Below, one piece after another: positions 34,654 through 45,511 of a stretch of 64,000 nt of DNA. Location of the stretch: contig DASSWN010000005.1 of assembly GCA_035704905.1 (NCBI GenBank), positions 1,549 through 65,548 on the forward strand. Reading direction: 5' to 3'. Positions within the stretch are counted from its first letter, which is position 1, and each line of letters opens with the position of its first letter. Origin of the DNA: Flavobacteriaceae bacterium (lineage in GTDB: Bacteria; Bacteroidota; Bacteroidia; Flavobacteriales; Flavobacteriaceae). The position numbers and the translations under genes were made by a program. The notes beneath the pieces are model-generated. The model was not told the origin of the DNA, did not search any database, and worked only from the letters and a program-made list of their open reading frames with translations.

Positions 34654-36594
34654 ATGAGCGAAATTTTAAAAAACCAAGATTATTCAGCCGACAATATTCA
34701 GGCTTTGGAAGGAATGGAACATGTGCGCATGCGTCCTTCGATGTATATCGGCGACATTGGTGTTCGCGGGTTGCACCATTTGGTTTATGAAGTAGTGGAT
34801 AATTCGATCGATGAGGCGATGGCGGGCCATTGCGACCGAATCGATGTTATCATCAATGAAAACAATTCGGTTTCCGTGCAGGACAATGGCCGCGGAATTC
34901 CAATAGATATTCACAAAAAGGAAGGGGTTTCCGCACTTGAAGTCGTGATGACAAAAATTGGTGCAGGGGGAAAATTCGACAAAGACTCCTATAAGGTTTC
35001 CGGTGGACTTCACGGAGTGGGGGTTTCGGTAGTGAATGCGCTTTCGGATCACTTGCATGCCGTGGTTCACAAAAAAGGTCAAATTTGGGAGCAGGAATAC
35101 GAACGGGGAAAACCGTTATATCCAGTTCGCCCGGTTGGTGATACAAACATCAACGGAACCATCGTAACTTTTCATCCTGATACAACCATTTTTCAACAAA
35201 CCATTGTTTTTAGCTACGATACTTTGGCGGGAAGAATGCGTGAACTTTCTTTTTTGAACAAAGGAATAACCATAACATTGACGGATAAACGACAAACCAA
35301 CGAAAAGGGGGAGTTTGTTTCCGAAATTTTTCATTCCGATGAAGGTTTGGTAGAATTCATTCGGTTTCTTGATGAAAACAGAGAGCCGCTGATTGGGACC
35401 GTGATTGCCATGGAAGGGGAAAAAAACGGCATTCCGGTGGAAGTTGCCATGATCTACAACACCTCTTATGGTGAAAATTTGCATTCCTACGTGAACAACA
35501 TCAATACCCACGAAGGCGGAACGCATTTGGCGGGTTTCCGTCGCGGGTTGACAACCACTTTAAAGAAATATGCCGATGCTTCGGGAATGTTGGATAAGTT
35601 GAAATTCGAAATTGCAGGCGATGATTTTCGAGAAGGTCTTACCGCTATTGTCTCCGTAAAAGTTGCAGAGCCCCAGTTCGAAGGCCAAACCAAAACGAAA
35701 CTCGGGAACCGCGAGGTGACTTCAGCGGTTTCGCAGGCGGTTTCCGAGATGTTGGAAATTTATTTGGAAGAAAATCCAAACGATGCCCGCACCATTGTTC
35801 AAAAAGTAATTTTGGCGGCACAAGCGCGGCATGCAGCGAAAAAAGCGCGTGAACTGGTGCAACGCAAAACCGTGATGAGCGGCGGTGGATTGCCGGGAAA
35901 ACTTTCTGATTGCGCTTCCCAAAAACCCGAAGAATGCGAAGTCTTCCTTGTGGAAGGGGATTCGGCGGGCGGAACGGCAAAACAAGGCCGCGACCGTCAT
36001 TTTCAGGCGATTTTACCACTCCGAGGAAAAATTTTGAACGTGGAAAAAGCCATGCAACACCGCGTTTTCGAAAATGAAGAAATCCGGAATATATACACCG
36101 CTCTGGGCGTAACCATCGGAACTGAAGACGACAGTAAAGCACTGAATCTTTCGAAATTGCGTTACCACAAAATTGTGATCATGTGTGATGCCGATGTCGA
36201 TGGAAGTCATATTGCAACGTTGATATTGACCTTCTTTTTCCGTTATATGAAGGAACTTATCGAAGGCGGCCACGTTTATATTGCCACGCCGCCGCTGTAT
36301 TTGGTGAAAAAAGGGAACAAGAAATATTATGCTTGGAGCGAGAAGGAGCGTGATCAGATTTCAGAAGCTTTCAATGGTGGTTTCAGCATTCAACGCTACA
36401 AAGGTCTTGGGGAAATGAATGCCGAACAATTATGGGACACAACTATGAACCCGGAATTTAGGACCTTGCGCCAAGTTACCATTGACAACGGTAGTGAAGC
36501 AGACCGGATTTTTTCCATGCTTATGGGCGATGAGGTTCCGCCGCGAAGGGAATTTATCGAGAAAAATGCCGTTTACGCGAATATTGACGTTTAG
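34654..36594 (+). CDS. gyrB: DNA gyrase subunit B
   Basis: The 646-aa ORF contains YSADNIQALEGMEHVRMRPSMYIGD (GHKL ATPase) and a Toprim domain (EVFLVEGDSAGG). It also carries PLRGKILNVEKA. Confidence 0.97.
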   Translation: MSEILKNQDYSADNIQALEGMEHVRMRPSMYIGDIGVRGLHHLVYEVVDNSIDEAMAGHCDRIDVIINENNSVSVQDNGRGIPIDIHKKEGVSALEVVMTKIGAGGKFDKDSYKVSGGLHGVGVSVVNALSDHLHAVVHKKGQIWEQEYERGKPLYPVRPVGDTNINGTIVTFHPDTTIFQQTIVFSYDTLAGRMRELSFLNKGITITLTDKRQTNEKGEFVSEIFHSDEGLVEFIRFLDENREPLIGTVIAMEGEKNGIPVEVAMIYNTSYGENLHSYVNNINTHEGGTHLAGFRRGLTTTLKKYADASGMLDKLKFEIAGDDFREGLTAIVSVKVAEPQFEGQTKTKLGNREVTSAVSQAVSEMLEIYLEENPNDARTIVQKVILAAQARHAAKKARELVQRKTVMSGGGLPGKLSDCASQKPEECEVFLVEGDSAGGTAKQGRDRHFQAILPLRGKILNVEKAMQHRVFENEEIRNIYTALGVTIGTEDDSKALNLSKLRYHKIVIMCDADVDGSHIATLILTFFFRYMKELIEGGHVYIATPPLYLVKKGNKKYYAWSEKERDQISEAFNGGFSIQRYKGLGEMNAEQLWDTTMNPEFRTLRQVTIDNGSEADRIFSMLMGDEVPPRREFIEKNAVYANIDV

Positions 36595-36651
36595 AATGGT
36601 CACTTGTATTTCGGAAGAAATATAGTTGACTTTATAGAATATTTTACATTA

Positions 36652-36690
36652 ATACCCGTAGCTATAAAATGGTTTGCGGGTATTTTTTTC
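36652..36690 (+). terminator. Possible terminator after gyrB
   Basis: atacccg / cgggtat form a 7-bp stem with an 18-nt loop, followed by T7. Confidence 0.45.
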
Positions 36691-36801
36691 GTCAAATGAT
36701 ATTTTAAAAAGTTGCGGAAAAAAACGCGATATTTGTTTTGTGTTTTTGTCAAATGAGTATTTTGCTCGAACCTTTTTTCAACCTTTAAAAACCAGTCCAC
36801 T

Positions 36802-37815
36802 ATGAAAATCACCTATTTAATTCCAATTTTCCTTTTAGGTTTCGGAATGCATGCGCAAACCGGAATCAATGAATTGCTCGCTGCGGGGATCGATGATGCC
36901 AAACAATTCAGCGATGACTATTTTTCCCCCGCTGCTGAAGGCGTGATGTATGCACTAAGCAATGCTTGGTACAATTCCGCAAAATCCAAAAAGCCCGGGC
37001 ATGTCGAATTATCCATTATCGGGAATGCTTCTTTTGTGAACGATGAAGATAAAAGCTTCACGCTGAATGTTGCCGATTATAATTACTTGCGTTTTATGGA
37101 TCCGGCGCAACAATCAGGGGAGGTTGCCACCGCTTTGGGCGAAAACGATCCGGATATCACCATGATCATTGAATATGAAAATGAATTGGGAATCACTGAA
37201 GAGGTTGAAATTGAGCTTCCCCAAGGAATTGGTTCCACAGGCATCAACCTGTTGCCGACCGCCTATTTGCAATTGGGCGTGGGTGTGTTTAAAGGAACCG
37301 AAGTGAAAGTGCGCTACCTTCCAAAAATTGATCAGGGCGATGTGGAGGTTCAATTATATGGTGGCGCGCTGCAACATGAATTGACGAGTTGGATTCCCGG
37401 TGCCGGCAATCTTCCCATTGCCATTGGCGTTCTCGTGGGCTATACACATTTTGAAGCCGGATTTAATTTGGAAGATAATTCCGTGGTGGAAGGCGACAAC
37501 CAGAAAATTGAATCGGAAGTAAATTCTTTGATGGTTTCGGCCTTGGTTTCCACAAAATTGCCGGTCATTAATTTCTATGCCGGTTTGGGGTATTTGAGCG
37601 GAAATGCCCAAAGCGATCTGCTCGGAACCTATCACATACAAACCGGGGTTTTGGGCGGCACCACCATTAAAGATCCGTATAGTATCGAGAATAAAGTCAG
37701 CGGCGTGAAAGCCACCCTCGGCACAAAATTGAAACTCGGGTTTTTCAGGCTGCATGCCGATTATAGTTTCCAACGTTTCAGCAATGCGAGCGTGGGGATT
37801 TCTTTTGGGTTTTAG
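36802..37815 (+). CDS. Hypothetical secreted / outer-membrane beta-barrel-like protein
   Basis: It has a signal peptide (LLGFGMHAQ), alternating beta-strand-like segments and a C-terminal aromatic residue (...GISFGF). The family assignment is uncertain. Confidence 0.5.
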   Translation: MKITYLIPIFLLGFGMHAQTGINELLAAGIDDAKQFSDDYFSPAAEGVMYALSNAWYNSAKSKKPGHVELSIIGNASFVNDEDKSFTLNVADYNYLRFMDPAQQSGEVATALGENDPDITMIIEYENELGITEEVEIELPQGIGSTGINLLPTAYLQLGVGVFKGTEVKVRYLPKIDQGDVEVQLYGGALQHELTSWIPGAGNLPIAIGVLVGYTHFEAGFNLEDNSVVEGDNQKIESEVNSLMVSALVSTKLPVINFYAGLGYLSGNAQSDLLGTYHIQTGVLGGTTIKDPYSIENKVSGVKATLGTKLKLGFFRLHADYSFQRFSNASVGISFGF

Positions 37816-37850
37816 ATAGATTCTTTAGAGATCAAATTTTAGAATTCAAA

Positions 37851-37885
37851 AGCCCACTTCCTCCAAAAGAGTGGGCTTATGCTTT
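37851..37885 (+). terminator. Possible terminator
   Basis: agcccact / agtgggct form an 8-bp stem with an 11-nt loop. The T-rich tail (tatgcttttg) is weak. Confidence 0.45.
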
Positions 37886-38005
37886 TGCTCAAACTTTGGA
37901 AAAGTTGTTACTTTCCGGAATTTTTTCCATACTTAACTTCAATTTTATCCAATAAACCGTAAATTCGCATAAAAATTTATTCATCTCTAAAAAATTCAAA
38001 ATAAA

Positions 38006-38932
38006 ATGAAAGTAAGCATTGTTGGCGCGGGTGCCGTGGGCGCAAGTTGCGCCGAATACATCGCCATTAAAAATTTCGCATCAGAAGTGGTGTTGGTCGA
38101 TATCAAAGAAAATTATGCCGAAGGAAAAGCCATGGATTTGATGCAAACGGCTTCCTTGAATGGTTTCGACACCAAAATAACAGGAAGCACAAACGATTAT
38201 TCCAAAACCGCCAACAGCGATATTGCCGTAATCACCAGCGGAATTCCCCGTAAACCGGGAATGACGCGCGAAGAACTCATTGGCATCAATGCCGGGATCG
38301 TGAAAGATGTTTCCGCAAATTTGATCGAACATTCGCCAAATGTAATCCTGATCGTGGTAAGCAATCCGATGGATACAATGACTTATTTGGTGCACAAAAC
38401 CACCAATTTATCGAAAAACAGAATTATTGGAATGGGCGGCGCGTTGGATAGCGCACGTTTCAAATACCGCTTGGCCGAAGCCTTGGAATGCCCATCTTCG
38501 GACGTGGATGGAATGGTCATCGGCGGGCATAGCGACACCGGCATGCTACCATTGACCCGTTTGGCGGTAAGGAACAGCGTGAACGTTTCTGAATTTTTAT
38601 CGGAAGAACGTCTTGACCAAGTTTTGGAAGACACGAAAGTTGGTGGCGCAACATTGACCAAAATGTTGGGAACGAGTGCTTGGTATGCTCCCGGAGCTGC
38701 TGTTTCAGCTTTGGTTCAGGCCATTGCATGCGACCAGAAAAAAATGTTTCCGTGTTCTGCCATGCTGGATGGCGAATTTGGGTTAGAGGATATTTGCCTG
38801 GGTGTTCCGGTAATTTTGGGCAAAAATGGAATCGAAAAAATTGTTGAAATCGAATTGGACGGTTCCGAAAAAAATAAATTGGACGAAAGTGCCGATGGCG
38901 TAAGAAAAGTCAACGATTTGTTGGTGCTTTAA
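38006..38932 (+). CDS. mdh: Malate dehydrogenase (LDH-like MDH)
   Basis: It starts MKVSIVGAGAVG and contains ITSGIPRKPGMTREEL and GGHSDT. The ORF is 308 aa. Confidence 0.9.
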   Translation: MKVSIVGAGAVGASCAEYIAIKNFASEVVLVDIKENYAEGKAMDLMQTASLNGFDTKITGSTNDYSKTANSDIAVITSGIPRKPGMTREELIGINAGIVKDVSANLIEHSPNVILIVVSNPMDTMTYLVHKTTNLSKNRIIGMGGALDSARFKYRLAEALECPSSDVDGMVIGGHSDTGMLPLTRLAVRNSVNVSEFLSEERLDQVLEDTKVGGATLTKMLGTSAWYAPGAAVSALVQAIACDQKKMFPCSAMLDGEFGLEDICLGVPVILGKNGIEKIVEIELDGSEKNKLDESADGVRKVNDLLVL

Positions 38933-38975
38933 ATGGCCAATGTAAAGTAAGCGTTGATTAACCATCACTGAAATG

Positions 38976-39016
38976 AAAAACCGTTTGAAGGAATATTCTT
39001 CGAACGGTTTTTTTGG
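38976..39016 (+). terminator. Rho-independent terminator of mdh
   Basis: aaccgtttgaag / cttcgaacggtt form a 12-bp stem (one G-T pair) with a 7-nt loop, followed by a T-run. Confidence 0.8.
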
Positions 39017-39138
39017 TTTTGTTACCTTTATTTTCAAAATATTGCCATCAAAAAGTTTTGCGAAACACATTTTTTCGCATCTAAGCTGAACGCAAATTTT
39101 ATCTTAAAAAAAGTATTGTCAAATCTTTTTTGAAACCC

Positions 39139-39146
39139 TATATTTG
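39139..39146 (+). promoter_or_regulatory. -7 promoter box (TAtaTTTG) for secDF
   Basis: TAtaTTTG ends 40 nt upstream of the secDF ATG. Confidence 0.4.
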
Positions 39147-39185
39147 TCCGTTTTTAAATAAATTTTTTTATCAAATAAGTTACCC

Positions 39186-42161
39186 ATGCAAAATAAGGGA
39201 ATAATAAAGGTGTTCACCATAGTATTTGGACTGGTATGTATTTACCAATTGTCCTTTTCGTTCATTGCCGGAAAAATAGAGCGCGATGCCGAAGCTTTTG
39301 CTGAACAACGAATTGCGGCGAGTGAAGAAAATTATGCCAAGAAAAGGGAAGCGCTGGAAGATCATTATTTGGACTCTATTGGGGAAAAGGAAATGTTTTT
39401 GGGCATCACCTATAATTCCGCCAAAGAAAAAGAATTGAACAAAGGTTTGGATTTGAAAGGGGGAATAAACGTAACCCTTCAAGTTTCCGTAGAAGATATT
39501 CTCCGTTCGCTTTCCAACGATTCTAAAGACCCGGCGTTCAACAAGGCGTTGAGCATGGCAAACGAAATGCAAAAAGACAGCCAAAAGGATTACGTGGATT
39601 TGTTCTTCGAGGCTTTTGAAAGCACCGGCGGAAAATTGGCTTCTCCCGATATTTTTGCAAACAAATCATTGAGCGACGAAATCAATTTCGATATGACAAA
39701 TGATGAGGTGAAACCCGTCATTCGTAAAAAAATTGATAATGCTGTTTTGTCCGCTTTTGAAATTTTACGCCAGCGAATCGATAAATTCGGGGTTACCCAA
39801 CCAGATATTCAACGTTTGGGGAGCTCAGGTCGTATTATGGTCGAATTGCCCGGGGCGAAAGATATTGAACGAATAAAGAATTTATTGCAAAGTACTGCTG
39901 AACTGGAATTCTGGCATGTTTATAAAGCCGGCGAATTGCAGCCGTTTCTTGCCCAAGCCAATAGCCTTCTCAAAAAATTAGAAGAAAGCAAAGAGCAACC
40001 GGAAACAAAAAAAGACAGCATTTCATCCGAAGAAGGCGATTTGGAAGAATTGTTGACAGAAGTGGACGACACATTGGAAACGGAGAAAAACCCGCTTTTC
40101 GATTTGATCGTGCAACCCGGTTTTCAATCTGGTCCTGTGATTGCCACCTTTAATATTGAAGATACTGCAAAAGTTAATTCTTACTTGCAGAATCCTAAAA
40201 TTCGGCAATTGCTTCCCGCCGACAAGAAATATGTGGATTTTGCATGGGGAAAAACACCTGATAAAAGCGAAACCATCGATCTATATGCGATCAAAGGAAA
40301 TCGCGAGCAGGAAGCTCCTTTGAGTGGAAATGTTATTGTTGATGCCACACAAACTTACGACCAAATGGGTCGTGTCGCGGTTTCGATGCAAATGAACGGA
40401 AAAGGGGCCCGAATTTGGGAAGAAATGACCCGGAAAGCCTATGAGGAAGGAAGCCAAATTGCCATTGTTTTGGATAATGTGGTTTATTCGGCTCCAGGCG
40501 TTAGCACCGGTGCCATTTCAGGCGGAAGAAGCGAAATTACTGGCGATTTCAATATTGAAGAAGGTCAAGATTTGGCCAACGTCTTGAATGCGGGAAGGTT
40601 GCCTGCATCGGCTGATATTATTCAAAGTGCAATCGTGGGGCCTTCTTTGGGACAAGCCGCCATTGAAAGCGGAACGATTTCGTTTGTTTTGGCGCTGGTA
40701 CTTGTTTTCATTTTCATGATTTTTTATTATGGAAAAGCCGGCCTCTTCGCCGATATTGCGCTATTAGTGAATATTTTGTTCATTTTTGGAATACTCGCAG
40801 GTCTGGGTGCTGTGCTGACCTTGCCAGGAATCGCGGGTATTGTGCTGACAATTGGTATGGCGGTGGACGCAAACGTAATTATTTTTGAACGTATCCGCGA
40901 AGAACTTCGCAAAGGAAAAAGCCAAGTCGATTCCATGAGGCAAGGTTTCAAAGGTGCACTTCCCGCAATTATTGATGCGAATATCACTACCGCTCTTGCC
41001 GGGATTATTTTGCTGGTTTTTGGTACAGGACCCATTAAAGGTTTTGCGACCACTTTATTGATTGGTTTGGCAACTTCGGTTTTCACATCCATATTTGTGA
41101 CCCAATTGCTCACCGATTCCTTCTTGCACAACGGAAAGAAACTAACCTATGCCACTAGCATTACCAAAAATTGGTTTAGGAATGTGAAAGTGGATTTCCT
41201 TGGAAGGCGAAAATATTTCTATTGGGGTTCCGGTATTTTTCTTTTGATTGGAACGATTTCCGTATTTACACAAGGTTTGGATTTTGGAGTTGATTTTCTG
41301 GGAGGAAGAACCTATGTGGTCAAATTTGATCACGATGTGAACGCTTCCGAAGTGGAAGACAAATTGATTGCCGATTTTGGAAGCATCGACGCCAAAACAT
41401 ACGGCCAAAACAATCAGTTGAAGATCGTCACCAAATACCGTATCGACGATACCGGAGAAAATGTGGAGAAGGAAATTCAACAAAAATTATACGGTTCGTT
41501 GAAGGGATATTTGCCTGCAGACATGACTTTTGACGAATTCGGGATTGGTGGCAATACTTCTGATAAGAATATCGGATTGTTACAAACCACAAAAGTCGGG
41601 CCTACGATTGCCGATGACATCAAGCAATCTTCGGTCTGGGCAATTATGGGCGCATTGATTATGATTTTCCTCTATATTTTATTGCGGTTCAAAAAATGGC
41701 AATATAGTTTGGGAGGTGTGATCGCCCTTTTCCATGACGCTTGGTTTATAATTGTATGTTTCTCGCTTTTTTATAAAATCATGCCCTTTAGTTTGGAAAT
41801 CGATCAAGCTTTTATTGCAGCTATTCTTACCATTATTGGTTATTCTATCAACGACACCGTTATTATTTATGATCGGGTGCGTGAATACCTGAACGAAGGT
41901 CATCCCTCATGGACGATGAAGCAGACAATCAACGATGCTTTAAGTTCAACCCTTAGCCGTTCCATAAACACTTCCTTGACAGTGCTAATTGTTTTGCTTG
42001 CCATCTTCCTTTTTGGGGGCGAAAGCATTCGTGGGTTTATGTTTGCATTGCTGATCGGTATCTTAACTGGGGTTTATTCCACCTTGTTTGTCGCTTCGGG
42101 GATCACCTACGACACGATGAAAGGTAAGGAAGGAGACGAGAAGAAAAAAGTAGAAGCTTAA
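39186..42161 (+). CDS. secDF: Protein translocase subunit SecDF (fused)
   Basis: The 991-aa ORF has a large periplasmic domain and two six-TM SecD/SecF modules. It contains GPSLGQ, VDANVIIFERIREE and NDTVIIYDRVRE. Confidence 0.92.
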   Translation: MQNKGIIKVFTIVFGLVCIYQLSFSFIAGKIERDAEAFAEQRIAASEENYAKKREALEDHYLDSIGEKEMFLGITYNSAKEKELNKGLDLKGGINVTLQVSVEDILRSLSNDSKDPAFNKALSMANEMQKDSQKDYVDLFFEAFESTGGKLASPDIFANKSLSDEINFDMTNDEVKPVIRKKIDNAVLSAFEILRQRIDKFGVTQPDIQRLGSSGRIMVELPGAKDIERIKNLLQSTAELEFWHVYKAGELQPFLAQANSLLKKLEESKEQPETKKDSISSEEGDLEELLTEVDDTLETEKNPLFDLIVQPGFQSGPVIATFNIEDTAKVNSYLQNPKIRQLLPADKKYVDFAWGKTPDKSETIDLYAIKGNREQEAPLSGNVIVDATQTYDQMGRVAVSMQMNGKGARIWEEMTRKAYEEGSQIAIVLDNVVYSAPGVSTGAISGGRSEITGDFNIEEGQDLANVLNAGRLPASADIIQSAIVGPSLGQAAIESGTISFVLALVLVFIFMIFYYGKAGLFADIALLVNILFIFGILAGLGAVLTLPGIAGIVLTIGMAVDANVIIFERIREELRKGKSQVDSMRQGFKGALPAIIDANITTALAGIILLVFGTGPIKGFATTLLIGLATSVFTSIFVTQLLTDSFLHNGKKLTYATSITKNWFRNVKVDFLGRRKYFYWGSGIFLLIGTISVFTQGLDFGVDFLGGRTYVVKFDHDVNASEVEDKLIADFGSIDAKTYGQNNQLKIVTKYRIDDTGENVEKEIQQKLYGSLKGYLPADMTFDEFGIGGNTSDKNIGLLQTTKVGPTIADDIKQSSVWAIMGALIMIFLYILLRFKKWQYSLGGVIALFHDAWFIIVCFSLFYKIMPFSLEIDQAFIAAILTIIGYSINDTVIIYDRVREYLNEGHPSWTMKQTINDALSSTLSRSINTSLTVLIVLLAIFLFGGESIRGFMFALLIGILTGVYSTLFVASGITYDTMKGKEGDEKKKVEA

Positions 42162-42187
42162 GATTGTTTCTAACTGAAAAATTTTTC

Positions 42188-42216
42188 AAAAACCCAGCAA
42201 TTTTGTTGGGTTTTTG
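42188..42216 (+). terminator. Rho-independent terminator of secDF
   Basis: aacccagc / gttgggtt form an 8-bp stem with a 6-nt loop, followed by ttttt. Confidence 0.7.
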
Positions 42217-42382
42217 ATTTTTCAAATGGTTTAAATTTTCATTTTCAAGAGTTTGAAGGTTGAAAAAGGTATAAAGTTTTATAAAAAGGTTGGTTTGTCC
42301 AGAGAATAGTGCATATTAAATAGTATTTTTGTGAATGGCTTTTTTGCCGATTGATTTATTTTTAAAATTTAAAATTCAAATT

Positions 42383-43093
42383 ATGATAAGGAAATTACTT
42401 TTTGTTTGCGCGGCTTTCTGTGCTTTTGGCTTGAATGCTCAGTTTACGGTGGAAACAGTACAAGGAGACCCGATTGAAAATGGCGATATTTTTACCTACG
42501 GGGAATTGGAGGCTTCGTTGGAATTTTTTGTATACAACACTTCCAGCGATGCAATCAATATGCAGATTGAATTTGTAGGTGCTACCAATTCCGACGGAAG
42601 TGATATGGAACTTTGCTTCGGTTTGTGCTACACCACCTTGAACATTGGCCAATCCTATCCATCCTCTCCTGTAATTATTCAGCCTGGACAACATCAAGAT
42701 ACCACCGGCGACCATTTTTTGAACCGCGATGCAGGAAACGGAACGGATGTGATCACCTATGAATTCAGGTTTTATCAATTGGACGACACCGGTCATGAAG
42801 TTGGAAATTCCCTAACCATGTATTATCAATACGATCCGTTGCTTGCAATTGATAACGTGAACAAGCTTGATTTTACGCTTTTTTCGACTATCGTTTCAGA
42901 TAATTTGAAAATTGATAATGACCAACCCTTGGCCGTGAATATTTATAATTTGGAAGGAAAATTGGTAAAAAGCGAACAACTTTCTGCAGGCCAAAATGAA
43001 ATCCAAGTTTCTGATTTGGCAGCACAACTATATTTGTTTCAATTTACGGACGAAACCGGTGCACAACAAATCGAGAAGATTGTGGTTCAATAG
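42383..43093 (+). CDS. T9SS type-A sorting-domain secreted protein
   Basis: A signal peptide (FCAFGLNAQ) is present. The C-terminal Por tail contains VNIYNLEGKLVKSEQLSAG...LYLFQF...KIVVQ. I chose the ATG at 42383. Confidence 0.7.
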   Translation: MIRKLLFVCAAFCAFGLNAQFTVETVQGDPIENGDIFTYGELEASLEFFVYNTSSDAINMQIEFVGATNSDGSDMELCFGLCYTTLNIGQSYPSSPVIIQPGQHQDTTGDHFLNRDAGNGTDVITYEFRFYQLDDTGHEVGNSLTMYYQYDPLLAIDNVNKLDFTLFSTIVSDNLKIDNDQPLAVNIYNLEGKLVKSEQLSAGQNEIQVSDLAAQLYLFQFTDETGAQQIEKIVVQ

Positions 43094-43118
43094 AATTCAC
43101 CGATATTTATTATTTCGA

Positions 43119-43146
43119 GAACCGTCTTTTTAGACGGTTTTTTCGT
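43119..43146 (+). terminator. Rho-independent terminator
   Basis: aaccgtct / agacggtt form a perfect 8-bp stem with a tttt loop, followed by ttttt. Confidence 0.75.
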
Positions 43147-43306
43147 TTTGAGGATTTGCTGAAGATTTGGCTAAGAAAGTTAAATAAGAAAATAGGAGAG
43201 ACATATCTTATTCACGGGAATTGCTTTCCCATCAACAGAAAATCCTTCATCCCAAATCACTAAAATTCAGTCCGAAATATTTCAGGTTTAAATTTCTATA
43301 TAAGTC

Positions 43307-44977
43307 CTAAAAAGAAATGCTGATACTTGCCGAAAGCCCCGTGCTTTCCGGAACATAGCGGCAAACCCCGCCTACGCAAACCACCCCGCCACGCTGGCGT
43401 CCGTAATTAAGTGAAAACCGGTTGGCACCTTTGGTGAAGCTTCCGCCGATATTGTAATAATGGATGCGCTCTTCTTTAATTTCATTGCCATAATTGTAGA
43501 TATCGGAAACATAAAAAGACAATTTATGGCTGGCATTGAATTCCAAGGTTCCGCCACCCCAGTTTTTGTGGTCGTCTTCGGTCCATAGATGTTGCCCCAC
43601 CAATCGAATGGACTGTTTTTCATTCAGAATGTAGGTTGCTTCGGCTACGGCAATGTTGGTTTCAATGATTCCGGAGCGTTCTTCGATGTATTTTTTGTTG
43701 TAATACTGGTTCACATAGGTAAAAATTGTACTCCAATCTTCGCTTAATTTTTTACGGACTTCCAAACTAATGTCGGAAAAATATTTTTGGCCAAAACCAA
43801 AATAATCGACTTCATAATCATGATTCAATAGATCATATTCCCCCGATAAATTTGCCCAATAAGCCGCGTTCATCGCCAATTTGGTTCCGTATTTTCCCCC
43901 GAGGGTCGATCCTTCTTTAAAATTGTAATACATATCGAATTGACCGCCGATTTCACCGGCTTTGGCCAAATTGTTGGCGGCGTTCAAAACCACCGATGGT
44001 TGCGCTTGATAGACATAAATATTGGTAAGCAAGTAATCGTGTTGCTTGGTCAGTGCAGGAATGAAATTAACAATGTTCTGGTTGAACAAATTTCCCTGAG
44101 CTTTTCGGTCGGAGAAAAAACTCATATTTTCCATTCGGCGCAAAGTTGCATTGACGCCCAAACCCTGGTCCGCATAACCGAAATTCAGCAAAAGCGCGTT
44201 TCCGGGCTTGACCAAGTCGTTATTGATGGTATGGGTTTCCACAATGGCATCTTCCGTTTTGGCCACATATTCGGCACTGGCATAAAAACTGTTTTTGCTG
44301 AAATCCAACCGGCCCGAAAAGGCATTTGTCAATTCTTCAAAATTCGGGTTTTCGATGTCGGTTTCTTCATAGCGGCCCACATAACTTAATCCAAGTCCAA
44401 GCGAATAGTTTTCAACCTTAAAGATGTCTGACAAGTCTATTTCAGTATCAACACCAAAAATCTGTCCCTCGGAAAGTTCAAAAGCTTCCTTTTGCTTCCC
44501 AAAGAGTCCGGTGAGTTTTATATCATTGGTTGGCCGATAAACGATTCTTCCGCCCATAAGCGCATTGTTGATTCCCAATTGCCTGTCTTCCCAAGAGCGC
44601 AAAATCAATCCACTTCCAAATTGTTCATAAAAATATCCGCCGGTTATTTTCAACTTTTTGCTTTGGTATTCCAAATAAAAGGTTGATAAACCACTGTCGT
44701 CGTATTTTGGTAAAAATCCAACCAAAGGTTTTGGTAAATAGGATTCCAACTGAATTCCCGCCGACCATTTTTTATAGGTATAATCGAGTTTCAGATAATT
44801 GTTCGAACGCACATGTTCATCGGTTCCGGGGAAATTGGTGTCGATGAATTCGCCCGTTTTCGAATCGTTGTTGTACCATTTGAAATCCGATTCGAAACCA
44901 CCGGAAAGGTTTCCATAATCTTGTGCAAACAAAAAAGTACCGGAAAACAAGAAAGCTAAAAGGATATAATTTTTCAT
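43307..44977 (-). CDS. Putative outer-membrane beta-barrel / porin-like protein (DUF6029-like)
   Basis: It has a signal peptide (FSGTFLFAQ) and long alternating amphipathic strands, and ends with a terminal ...ISISF. It lies downstream of the TlpA-like gene. The family name is from memory only. Confidence 0.55.
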   Translation of the reverse strand: MKNYILLAFLFSGTFLFAQDYGNLSGGFESDFKWYNNDSKTGEFIDTNFPGTDEHVRSNNYLKLDYTYKKWSAGIQLESYLPKPLVGFLPKYDDSGLSTFYLEYQSKKLKITGGYFYEQFGSGLILRSWEDRQLGINNALMGGRIVYRPTNDIKLTGLFGKQKEAFELSEGQIFGVDTEIDLSDIFKVENYSLGLGLSYVGRYEETDIENPNFEELTNAFSGRLDFSKNSFYASAEYVAKTEDAIVETHTINNDLVKPGNALLLNFGYADQGLGVNATLRRMENMSFFSDRKAQGNLFNQNIVNFIPALTKQHDYLLTNIYVYQAQPSVVLNAANNLAKAGEIGGQFDMYYNFKEGSTLGGKYGTKLAMNAAYWANLSGEYDLLNHDYEVDYFGFGQKYFSDISLEVRKKLSEDWSTIFTYVNQYYNKKYIEERSGIIETNIAVAEATYILNEKQSIRLVGQHLWTEDDHKNWGGGTLEFNASHKLSFYVSDIYNYGNEIKEERIHYYNIGGSFTKGANRFSLNYGRQRGGVVCVGGVCRYVPESTGLSASISISF

Positions 44978-45031
44978 AGGAAGTTGGGGCTCCAATCCTT
45001 TTTCAATTAAATCGGATTGAAAGTGCGAAAA

Positions 45032-45511
45032 TTAGTTGGAATTCTCTTTGATGATTTCGTAAAGTTCATTTTCGGCACCCGGCACATAACCGGAATGTCG
45101 ATAAATAACTTTATTGTTCTTAACCACAATCGTGTGTGGAATTGAGGTAATATTAAAACTGCGTTTCAAATCTTGATTGGTGTCCAAAAGCACAGTATAA
45201 TCCCAACTTTTTCCGTTTACCAAAGGCTTCACCCTTTTTTGGGTACGCGGGTCATCGGTGGAGATGGCGATGACTTCCACACCGGTTTCTTCTTGCCAAG
45301 TGCTATAAACTTCACTAATGGTGTCCAGTTCTTTCAGACAGGGCATGCACCACGTGGCCCAAAAACTCAAAACCGTTACATGATCGGTGTTTGTCAAGCT
45401 TTGTATATTGGTCCGATCGCCATCCAAGGTTTCCAAATAAGTGCTTGGTACTTTATTTTGGGCCGTCACCGCAAAACCGATGAACAAGAAAAGAATGCTT
45501 AATTTTTTCAT
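45032..45511 (-). CDS. TlpA-family thiol:disulfide oxidoreductase (thioredoxin fold)
   Basis: A signal peptide is followed by VLSFWATWCMPCLKELD (CxxC). The ORF is 159 aa from the ATG at 45511. Confidence 0.85.
   Translation of the reverse strand: MKKLSILFLFIGFAVTAQNKVPSTYLETLDGDRTNIQSLTNTDHVTVLSFWATWCMPCLKELDTISEVYSTWQEETGVEVIAISTDDPRTQKRVKPLVNGKSWDYTVLLDTNQDLKRSFNITSIPHTIVVKNNKVIYRHSGYVPGAENELYEIIKENSN

Noticed and set aside
35645-36142. A 165-aa minus-strand ORF inside gyrB (and similar ORFs at 35116..35526 and 34684..35082)
   Set aside because: These are antisense frames within a highly conserved essential gene. Their Arg/Pro/Phe-rich composition is typical of reverse frames.
39180-39584. 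A 134-aa minus-strand ORF at the 5' end of secDF
   Set aside because: It is antisense to secDF and has no motifs.
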